From: an uncultured Planctomycetia bacterium
GTDB taxonomy: Bacteria; Omnitrophota; Gorgyraeia; Duberdicusellales; 4484-171
DNA: 64,000 bases
Assembly (NCBI GenBank): GCA_964629655.1
Contig: CAZVQU010000001.1
Location: 164,056 to 228,055 of the forward strand
Direction of reading: 5' to 3'
Position numbers and translations under genes: made by a program. The notes under the pieces are model-generated. The model saw only the letters and a list, made by a program, of their open reading frames with translations, did no database searches and was not told the DNA's origin. Shown here in pieces: positions 17,286 through 25,238 of the stretch (position 1 is the stretch's first letter; each line of letters starts with the position of its first letter).

Positions 17286-19679
17286 TTACCAAAACCAAAA
17301 CTTCTTCTTCACTCCCTGCTGCTTTTTCTTCTTCCTTAGTTTCGCCGCAAGCAAATCTTTTTTTCTAGCTCTAGCCACCTTTTCCGCCTCTAGCTTCTCT
17401 TGACGCTTCTTTTCCTTGAGCTCTTTCTTCTTTCTTATTTTTTCCTGTTTTTTCTGGATCTTCTCCCTTCGGCGTTTTTGCTTTTCTGCTATTTTTTTGT
17501 TTTTACGCTCCCTTTTTTCTCTTGTTTCCTCGCTTTCGGATTCCCTCTTCTTTCTTATCTTTACATCCTTTAAATATTTTTTCTTTGCCCGAGCTTCCTC
17601 TTTTCTTTTAAGCTTATCTTGCTTCTTTTGCCCTTTGAGAAACTTTTTTTTCTGAGCTCGTTCCTTCTTTATCCTTACTTTTTCCTTTTTATTGCGAAGC
17701 TTTTTGGCCTGCTTAGCTTCTTTTTTAACCTGCCTGCGGAATTTTTCAATTCGTTTAGCTTTTTTCGCGGCCTGAGCTCTTTCTCTCTTGGCCTGAAGCC
17801 GATCTTCTCTTTTGCCCTCCCTGCGGAATTTCTGAACTAGCTTGCTTTCTCTCTTTGCCCGAGCTTTTTCTTCTCTCTTGAGTCTATCCTGCGCTCTCTC
17901 CCGAGCTCGTTTTTTCCTTACCCTTGCCTTTTCCTGTTTCTTACGAAACTTTTCGACCTGTTTAGCTTTCTTAGCAGCTTGAGCCTCCTCTTTTCTCTTG
18001 AGCTTATCTTGCTTCTCTTGCTCTTTGAGAAACTTTTTTTTCTGGACTCGTTCTTGCTTTATCCTTACCTTTTCTTGTTTCTTGCGAATCTTTTTGGCCT
18101 GTTTAGCTTCCTTCGCGGTTTGAGCTTCCTCTTTTCTCTTGAGCTTATCTTGCTTCTTTTGCTCTTTGAGAGACTCCTTCTCTCTGGCTCGCTCTTGCTT
18201 TATCCTTACCTTTTCCTTTTCCTTGCGGAGCTTTTTGGCTTGTTTAGCTTTTTTCGCAGCTTGAGCTTTTTCTCTCTTAACTTTCAACTCAGCTTCTCTT
18301 TGTATTTGCTTGCGGAGTTTTTGAACTTGTTTAGCTTCTTTCGCAACCTTAGCTTCTTCTCGTTTAGCTTGAAGTTGATCTTTTTTTTGTTCCTGCTCAC
18401 GAAGCTCCTCAGCTTGTTTAACTTCTTCCGCAACTTTGGCTTTTTCTCGCTTAGCTTGAAGTTGATCTTTTTTTTGTCCTTGCTTACGAAGCTCCTCAGC
18501 TTGTTTAGCTTTCTTAGCAGCTTGAGCTTCCTCTTTTCTCTTAAGCTTATCTTGCTTCTTTTGCTCTTTGAGAGACTCCTTCTCTCTGGCTCGCTCTTGC
18601 TTTATCCTTACCTTTTCTTGTTTTTTCCTTTCTTTCTCTTCTTGAACTTCCCTTTTTTTTCTTACCCTTTCTTCCTTCTTCGCAGTTAACACTTCTTGGC
18701 TTACTTCCTTCTTTAATTCCCTTTTTGTGATGTTTCTTTGAACCAACCCTTCTAATTCCTCGATTCTTTCTATGGCAAGATCATAATAATCACTATCGGA
18801 ATAATTCTTAACTACTTTTTTATAATAAATTATGCCGCTTTTATATTGATCCTGATTTTCATAAAATTGGCCGGTATTAAATACTTTTTTTGCCTCTTCA
18901 TTCCTTAAGGTTCTAAGCTGATCCTCTGCCTCAGAGGAAATCTTTGCCTCAGGATGATCTTTTATAAACTCATCAAGCCTACTTGCTGCTTCCTGAAGGT
19001 ATGAAGAATCATAATCCGCACCGGAGAATGCTTGTGATGTTGCTAAAGCTAATTGATACTTTGCTGGTGCAGCCCACTCACTATCTGAATAATTATCTAT
19101 GACTTTCTGGAAAGCTTTCCGGGATTCCTCATAGCGCCTCAATTGAAAAAGTATCATTCCTAATTTATATTGGGCTCGGGGTGCATACTCTGAGTATGGA
19201 ACTTTATTAACGATTCCTCCGAATATCTCAATTGATGGATGCTCTACGAAATCATAAAGAGATACGCCTAGCCATTCCTTACGCTCCCTATTCAAAAAAT
19301 ACTCTCCGATATGATATTCTCTCTCCACCACCTCATTTATCCTCTGGCTATTAGGATAGGAAGCGACTAGTTTTTGATACTCTCGAAAAGCATCATAAGG
19401 CTTATCAAACTTCTCCAGGCACCTGGCTAGGTAATATTGAGCCTCAGCAGCCTCCTTAGAATCAGGATAATTTATTAGAAGCTTTTTGAATGCTTCGTAG
19501 GCTTCCTTGAATTGATCCTTCTTGAAATACTTTAGGCCCTGTTTATATTGAAGATAGGGGTTGGCCAAAGCTGCATATTTAGGATTTTTCCACTCTTGGG
19601 TCTTCGGAGACCATATCCAAAAAGGGTAGGCATCAAAGGAAAAAAGAAGTAAAATCAAAAGGATTATGCTCTTTCTCAT
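17286..19679 (-). CDS. Secreted multi-TPR (BamD/CpoB-like) protein with long Lys/Glu/Arg/Gln-rich repeat tail ending FWFW
   Basis: 797 aa. A signal peptide is followed by about 330 aa of TPR-like repeats. About 450 aa of KEAKQ/KRKEEAQAAKKAKQ repeats follow. The C-terminus is KKKFWFW. It is a paralogue of the 3507..5735 protein. Confidence 0.8.
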   Translation of the reverse strand: MRKSIILLILLLFSFDAYPFWIWSPKTQEWKNPKYAALANPYLQYKQGLKYFKKDQFKEAYEAFKKLLINYPDSKEAAEAQYYLARCLEKFDKPYDAFREYQKLVASYPNSQRINEVVEREYHIGEYFLNRERKEWLGVSLYDFVEHPSIEIFGGIVNKVPYSEYAPRAQYKLGMILFQLRRYEESRKAFQKVIDNYSDSEWAAPAKYQLALATSQAFSGADYDSSYLQEAASRLDEFIKDHPEAKISSEAEDQLRTLRNEEAKKVFNTGQFYENQDQYKSGIIYYKKVVKNYSDSDYYDLAIERIEELEGLVQRNITKRELKKEVSQEVLTAKKEERVRKKREVQEEKERKKQEKVRIKQERAREKESLKEQKKQDKLKRKEEAQAAKKAKQAEELRKQGQKKDQLQAKREKAKVAEEVKQAEELREQEQKKDQLQAKREEAKVAKEAKQVQKLRKQIQREAELKVKREKAQAAKKAKQAKKLRKEKEKVRIKQERAREKESLKEQKKQDKLKRKEEAQTAKEAKQAKKIRKKQEKVRIKQERVQKKKFLKEQEKQDKLKRKEEAQAAKKAKQVEKFRKKQEKARVRKKRARERAQDRLKREEKARAKRESKLVQKFRREGKREDRLQAKRERAQAAKKAKRIEKFRRQVKKEAKQAKKLRNKKEKVRIKKERAQKKKFLKGQKKQDKLKRKEEARAKKKYLKDVKIRKKRESESEETREKRERKNKKIAEKQKRRREKIQKKQEKIRKKKELKEKKRQEKLEAEKVARARKKDLLAAKLRKKKKQQGVKKKFWFW

Positions 19680-19712
19680 AGAAAAAAACTATATCAGAAG
19701 CCTTGTTTCTTG

Positions 19713-21197
19713 TCAATGAGAAAGGGGGCGCTTCTCAACCTCATAATCTGCCCTATTAAGCAAAGAACCGTCCCCGAAAAAAGCAAAAATTGTTCCAAGA
19801 ATAAGGTAATAAATGGCTACACCTTTAAGAGAAAAATTGTAAGAAATAAAAGAAAATTTTATCGAACCAAGAACTTGCACCAGGTTAATAAAACCCGATA
19901 TAAGCAAGGACAAAACTTCTCCTAGAGATTGGGCCAAAAATCTTAGAGGGGAAAAGATTAATAGAAGAAAATTAGTCACTAAGATAAGGGTGAAAAAGGG
20001 AATCAAGGCAACATTGTAAAAGATACTTAAAATATGTATTTTTCCAAAATAATAGGAGACCACGGGTGTTAAAAAAAGTGTTACAAATAGGGAGCAAAAG
20101 AAAATCTGCTTTAAGTAATGTAGCGCTACTATCTTAACTGGTTTTACGTTAAATGTTTTGAAGCTCAAAATTATGGCAAAAACAGAGATAAATGACAACT
20201 GGAATCCAATTGCAAAAAGGGATGAAGAATCTAGAAATAAAGCAACAAATCCGGCTAAAGCTAAAGAATTCAGCGCATTGGTCTTTCTTTTAAAGAGAAA
20301 ACCAAAAGCAAATACCGAATACATGGTAACAGCTCGCAAAGTAGAAGAGCTGGCTCCGGTAAGAAAAGTATAAAAATAAAGAAAAACTAAAGAAATAATA
20401 AGAGAGGCTCTAAATCTTACATTAAAAAACTTTAATACAAAGAATAAAATTAATGAAGTAAACCCTATGTGTAATCCGCTTATAGCCAGGAGATGAGATA
20501 CCCCAGCATTAGAGAATATCTCTCTTTCTTCACCTAAAAGTTCCTTTCTTCCTAAAAATACTCCGCTTAAAAATCTATATCCTCTATCTGAACAATTTTC
20601 CCTCAAAACGTTAAGAATATAATTAGATGATTTTCTCCCAAATTGTGCCCAGATTCCTAAAGGCAATTCTTGAAGGCCAACATCCTTTTTGATGTTTAAA
20701 GAGTAGTATGAATAACCATGGTATTTTCTCTTAGCTATCTTACCCTCTAATTGGTAGCAGCCTAGATAATCCATGCTCTGGGTATAATCACTAACCTTTA
20801 CCTTAAGTTTTAGGGGATAAGAATTTATCTTCCTTACTTGAGCAGTAAAGGTATTTCTCCTAGCTCCTTCTTTAGGTAGCGAGATGACTTTCAGAGTAAT
20901 GGCGCTCTCTGTTTTGGTAAATCTATCGATAGTTTGTAGGGAATGAGATGAATGCCATAGGGCTCCTAAAGAAAAAAAGAAAATCAAAATAAAAATATCT
21001 GAGAGAAAAAGCTTGCGATAGCGGTAGAAGATATAGACAAGACTAAGGGTGACTAGAGAAAGGCTAACAAAGATGAGAGGGGAGGTGAGAAAATTCCTAA
21101 GAATAATTCCCAAACAAAAACAGATAAAAAGAAAGAAATTTAGAAGACCTGCAAAATTTATCTTTCGCGTCAACAATTGTTTAATTGAAAGCGACAT
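19713..21197 (-). CDS. comEC: ComEC/Rec2 DNA-uptake channel (competence domain only; no C-terminal metallo-beta-lactamase domain)
   Basis: 494 aa polytopic protein with the HLLAISGLHIGF competence motif. Confidence 0.8.
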   Translation of the reverse strand: MSLSIKQLLTRKINFAGLLNFFLFICFCLGIILRNFLTSPLIFVSLSLVTLSLVYIFYRYRKLFLSDIFILIFFFSLGALWHSSHSLQTIDRFTKTESAITLKVISLPKEGARRNTFTAQVRKINSYPLKLKVKVSDYTQSMDYLGCYQLEGKIAKRKYHGYSYYSLNIKKDVGLQELPLGIWAQFGRKSSNYILNVLRENCSDRGYRFLSGVFLGRKELLGEEREIFSNAGVSHLLAISGLHIGFTSLILFFVLKFFNVRFRASLIISLVFLYFYTFLTGASSSTLRAVTMYSVFAFGFLFKRKTNALNSLALAGFVALFLDSSSLFAIGFQLSFISVFAIILSFKTFNVKPVKIVALHYLKQIFFCSLFVTLFLTPVVSYYFGKIHILSIFYNVALIPFFTLILVTNFLLLIFSPLRFLAQSLGEVLSLLISGFINLVQVLGSIKFSFISYNFSLKGVAIYYLILGTIFAFFGDGSLLNRADYEVEKRPLSH

Positions 21198-21528
21198 GCT
21201 TCTTTATGGCTTCTATTTTTTTATCGCCAATGCCTTTAACCTTTTTTAAATCTTCTAAATCCTTGAAAGATCCAAATTGATTACGATAATCAATAATTCG
21301 GCGAGCAATTACTTCCCCTATGCCGGGAATTCTCTTTAAGTCCCCTGGTGAAGCCGCATTAATATTGATAGGTCTGCTAAAGTCGGAGTTTTCAGATATA
21401 AGAACTCTTTCTCTATCAAGAGACAGATCTTCCCGGCTATCATTTAGAATTTTTAAAATGCTGCCTATCAAAACTAAAATTCCTATAAAGATGAGGACTT
21501 TTCTTTCTTGGTGGGTAAGGGAGAACAT
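21181..21528 (-). CDS. comEA: DNA-binding competence protein ComEA (HhH)
   Basis: 115 aa. A membrane anchor precedes a tandem HhH region (ININAASPGDLKRIPGIGEVIARRII...LKKVKGIGDKKIEAIKKHV). Confidence 0.85.
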   Translation of the reverse strand: MFSLTHQERKVLIFIGILVLIGSILKILNDSREDLSLDRERVLISENSDFSRPININAASPGDLKRIPGIGEVIARRIIDYRNQFGSFKDLEDLKKVKGIGDKKIEAIKKHVAFN

Positions 21529-21553
21529 CTGGGCCTTACTTTCCTGAATCTAA

Positions 21554-24010
21554 TTAAACTACAATATTAACTATCTTTCCTTCGATGTAGATGATCTTTT
21601 TTAGTGGTTTCGAAGAGAGTAACTTTTGGACCTTATCTTGGGCTAGAGCTTTTTTCTCCACTTCTTCCTTTGACCAATTAACATTAATTAGTAATTTATC
21701 TCTTACTCTGCCATTAACAAGTATGGCAATCTCCACCTCTTCTTCTTCCAAATATTTCTCTTCTACCTTAGGCCAGTTTCTATCTAAAACCGAAGGCTTA
21801 TTGCCTAGAATCTCGTTGACTTCTTCACTTACATGGGGAATAAAAGGTGCTAGGAGCAGAAAAATAGCATCAACTGCTTCTTTGAGTATGTCTTTTTTCA
21901 AAGCCCCTTCGCCTAACCCTTTATAAGTCTGGTTCACCAACTCCATAATTCTGCTTATGGCTGTGTTAAATTGAAAGTTACCCTCTAGATCCCGAGTTAC
22001 ATCTTTAATGGTAGAATGTATTTTCTTGGTAAGTTCTCTCTCAGCTGTGTTGAGTTCTCCCGGAATACCCTCTACTTTACATTCAGCTAAAGCATCTACT
22101 AAACGCAGAGCTCTTTGGATGAATCTCCAAACTCCCTGCAAGCCTTCATCCTGCCACTCAGCATCTTTTTGAGGCGGACCCATAAATAAAATATAAAGCC
22201 TCATCGTGTCAGCACCATACTTATCAAGGATATAATCAGGTGCAACGACATTTCCTTTTGACTTAGACATCTTAGCTCCATCCTTAACAATCATCCCTTG
22301 AGTAAATAATCTCTTAAACGGTTCGGGAAAATTAACCAGGCCTTCACTTTTGAGGAATTTATTAATAAACCTCGAATACATAAGGTGTAAAATTGCATGC
22401 TCTACTCCTCCAATGTATTGGTCTACAGGAAGCCACTTATTGATATCTCCACTTACAAAAGGTGCTTTTCCCTCTTTAGGAGATATGTAGCGTAGATAAT
22501 ACCAGCTGGAATCAACAAAGGTATCCATAGTGTCAGTCTCACGTTTAGCTGGGCCACCACACTTCGGACACTTAGTCTGCATAAACTCCTCTATATAGGT
22601 TAAAGGAGACTGGCCAGTAGGTAAAAATTCCTTAACTTCCGGGAGTAAAACCGGTAAATCTTCCTCAGGTACTGGCACTTGGCCGCAATCCTGGCAATAA
22701 ATGATCGGGATTGGTGCTCCCCAATAGCGCTGGCGGGAGACTAACCAATCTCTTAACTTATAGTTAAGGGCTCTTTTCCCTATTCTATGAGATTCCATGT
22801 AGCCAGCAATTTTTTCCTTTGCTTGCTCAGAACCTAAACCGTCGAAATGTCCAGAATTAACTAAAACTCCTTCGTCTTCAAAAGCGTCTTCACTTTCTGA
22901 ATCAGAACCCTTAAAGCCAGGATCTTTTATAACTTTCCTTATTGATAAGTTATACTTTCGGGCAAATTCTAGATCTCTGCTGTCATGAGCCGGGACACAC
23001 ATTATTGCTCCGGTACCATAACCAACAAGGATATAATTAGCAATCCAAATAGGAATCTTTTCGGCATTCATCGGATTTATAGCAAATTTTCCGGTAAAGA
23101 TTCCTTTCTTCTCACCAATCTCAACCTGATATCCAGAAGCAGATTGGTTTTTGGTCTGTTCAATAAACTTTTCTATCTCCTCTCTGTTAGATGCATCGGC
23201 AATTAGTTCTCCTATGTTCGGATGGGCCCAGTTCAAAGCTATAAAAGTAGCTCCCAAAATAGTATCTACCCGGGTAGTAAAACACTTTAATTTTGTCTCC
23301 GAACCCTCTATGGGAAAATCTATCTCTACACCCTCTGATTTTCCAATCCAATTATCCTGCATTGTCTTAACCCTCTGAGGCCATTCCTCCAACAACTCTA
23401 GATCATCTAATAGAGCTTGAGCATAATCAGTTATTTTAAAAAACCATTGGTCTAAATTCTTAAGGCTAACTTCAGTCGAACAACGCTCACACTCACCATT
23501 AATAACCTGTTCATTGGCCAAGACTGTTTTACAGGAGTTACACCAATTAACCGCAGCCTGCTTACGGTAGGCAAGTCCTTTTTTGTAAAGCTTTAAGAAA
23601 ATCCACTGGGTCCACTTATAGTAATCCGGGAAACAGGTAGCAATTTCTCTGGACCAATCATAGCCTATCCCCCAACTCCCTAGCTGCTCTTTTATTCGTT
23701 CGATATTCTTCGAAGTCCAATCCTGAGGGTGAATCTTATGTTTAATAGCCTGATTTTCTGCCGGAAGACCAAAAGCATCCCAACCCATAGGACTTAAAAC
23801 ATAAAACCCGCGCATCTTTTTATAACGCGCTACAGCATCACCAATCACATAATTACGGGCATGGCCTACGTGAAGTTCACTTGAAGGATAGGGAAACATA
23901 ACTAAACAATAATACTTATTTCCGGAAACTTTCTTAGTTTCAACCGTAAAAGTCTTATTGTCCTTCCAATACTCTTGCCATTTCTTGTCAGTCTCTTTTG
24001 TGTAATTCAT
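21554..24010 (-). CDS. leuS: Leucyl-tRNA synthetase
   Basis: 818 aa. HIGH motif (HVGHARNY) and KMSKS motif (KMSKSKGN) are present, plus an editing domain. Confidence 0.95.
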   Translation of the reverse strand: MNYTKETDKKWQEYWKDNKTFTVETKKVSGNKYYCLVMFPYPSSELHVGHARNYVIGDAVARYKKMRGFYVLSPMGWDAFGLPAENQAIKHKIHPQDWTSKNIERIKEQLGSWGIGYDWSREIATCFPDYYKWTQWIFLKLYKKGLAYRKQAAVNWCNSCKTVLANEQVINGECERCSTEVSLKNLDQWFFKITDYAQALLDDLELLEEWPQRVKTMQDNWIGKSEGVEIDFPIEGSETKLKCFTTRVDTILGATFIALNWAHPNIGELIADASNREEIEKFIEQTKNQSASGYQVEIGEKKGIFTGKFAINPMNAEKIPIWIANYILVGYGTGAIMCVPAHDSRDLEFARKYNLSIRKVIKDPGFKGSDSESEDAFEDEGVLVNSGHFDGLGSEQAKEKIAGYMESHRIGKRALNYKLRDWLVSRQRYWGAPIPIIYCQDCGQVPVPEEDLPVLLPEVKEFLPTGQSPLTYIEEFMQTKCPKCGGPAKRETDTMDTFVDSSWYYLRYISPKEGKAPFVSGDINKWLPVDQYIGGVEHAILHLMYSRFINKFLKSEGLVNFPEPFKRLFTQGMIVKDGAKMSKSKGNVVAPDYILDKYGADTMRLYILFMGPPQKDAEWQDEGLQGVWRFIQRALRLVDALAECKVEGIPGELNTAERELTKKIHSTIKDVTRDLEGNFQFNTAISRIMELVNQTYKGLGEGALKKDILKEAVDAIFLLLAPFIPHVSEEVNEILGNKPSVLDRNWPKVEEKYLEEEEVEIAILVNGRVRDKLLINVNWSKEEVEKKALAQDKVQKLLSSKPLKKIIYIEGKIVNIVV

Positions 24011-24855
24011 CCTTTATGCAGCTGCCTTACTACCTTTAAATTTTCTTTATCTTCATCTTGGTTATTCTTAGGAGTCTCTAAAATAAATGGTAATTCTCTT
24101 AACTTGGGATGATTAACTATTAAATTAAAACCTCTCCGGCCAATCTGGCCTTCGCCAATATCATAGTGCCGATCACGAAGTGAACCTAACTCTTCCTGGG
24201 TATCGTTAAGATGAATGACTTTTAAGCGTTCTAGGCCTACGGCTTGGTCAATTTCATCGAGCAAAGCTTTCAGGCCTCTGGGTTCATTTATCTTATATCC
24301 TGCTGCCCAAGCATGCGCAGTGTCTAAACAAATACCAACAACCTCAGGCCTATTTAAACCATCTAAAATAATCTTCTGATGAGAAAACTTATAACCTAGC
24401 CAGTGACCGCTACCAGAGGTATTCTCAAGAAGAACTTTGGTCTTGGCTCCTTTGGTTTCTTTTAAAATCTTATTCAGAGCCTGAATTATTCTTGAAAGTC
24501 CTCCTTCCTCAGTCCCCCCTTTATAAGAACCCACGTGAGTCACTAGGTAATCAGCTCCGAGCTTATCTGCTTCAACGAGGTCGGAGATAAATTCTCTTAT
24601 CGTAATCTTGAAAAAACTTTTCTTTGCTGTAGCCAGATTAAGCAAGTACGGTATATGGATAACTACCGGGCTAATATTTGCCTTTTTTACTTTTTTCTTA
24701 AATCTCTCTACATCTTCGTCGCTTAAACTAGACTTTCTCCATTGACGGGGATTTCGAGAGAAAATCTGCATTGTATTGCAACCAAGCTCAACTGCCCTAT
24801 CAATGGATTTATAAATCTTACCCGCAATCGATACGTGAACACCAAGTTTCAACAA
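24007..24855 (-). CDS. nfo: Endonuclease IV (AP endonuclease family 2)
   Basis: 282 aa, MLKLGVHVSIAG... with the xylose-isomerase-like TIM barrel signature. Confidence 0.85.
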   Translation of the reverse strand: MLKLGVHVSIAGKIYKSIDRAVELGCNTMQIFSRNPRQWRKSSLSDEDVERFKKKVKKANISPVVIHIPYLLNLATAKKSFFKITIREFISDLVEADKLGADYLVTHVGSYKGGTEEGGLSRIIQALNKILKETKGAKTKVLLENTSGSGHWLGYKFSHQKIILDGLNRPEVVGICLDTAHAWAAGYKINEPRGLKALLDEIDQAVGLERLKVIHLNDTQEELGSLRDRHYDIGEGQIGRRGFNLIVNHPKLRELPFILETPKNNQDEDKENLKVVRQLHKG

Positions 24856-24891
24856 TTTTCTCTTTATCCCTATGGTTTAACTGACTTAAAT

Positions 24892-24967
24892 TGGTGGAGC
24901 CGGAGAGATTTGAACTCTCGACCTCTACGCTGCCAGCGTAGCGTTCTCCCAGCTGAACTACGGCCCC
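24892..24967 (-). tRNA. tRNA-Ala (anticodon GGC), CCA encoded
   Basis: Manual cloverleaf: GGGGCCG acceptor stem, G3:U70 Ala identity pair, anticodon loop CTGGCAG, T-loop TTCAAAT. Confidence 0.85.
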
Positions 24968-24988
24968 TAATACTATAAATTATAAAGA

Positions 24989-25017
24989 ATATTATCATTT
25001 ACCAACTAAATTGTCAA
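24989..25017 (-). promoter_or_regulatory. Promoter for tRNA-Ala (TTGACA-N17-TAATAT)
   Basis: On the minus strand, -35 is at 25017..25012 and -10 at 24994..24989. This is about 20 nt upstream of the tRNA 5' end. Confidence 0.55.
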
Positions 25018-25066
25018 TTGGCACATTCGGCTCCACTCAGTGTCAATTCTGGGTATTACCGAAGGG

Positions 25067-25095
25067 TTGACAAAGAAAATCAACGATGTTATGAT
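25067..25095 (+). promoter_or_regulatory. Promoter for tRNA-Leu (TTGACA-N17-TATGAT)
   Basis: TTGACA at 25067..25072, TATGAT at 25090..25095. The tRNA begins 12 nt downstream. Confidence 0.6.
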
Positions 25096-25107
25096 TTTTA
25101 TCTAATT

Positions 25108-25191
25108 GCCGGAGTGATGGAACTGGCAGACGTGCTGGATTCAAAATCCAGTCTTCGAAAGAAGGTGAGGGTTCAACTCCCTCCTCCGGCA
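25108..25191 (+). tRNA. tRNA-Leu (anticodon CAA), long variable arm, CCA not encoded
   Basis: GCCGGAG acceptor stem, anticodon loop TTCAAAA, variable arm TCTTCGAAAGAAGG, T-loop TTCAACT. Confidence 0.85.
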
Positions 25192-25238
25192 TTTTAAATG
25201 CCTTACCCCATTCTTCTCATATCTGGTATAATATTCCG

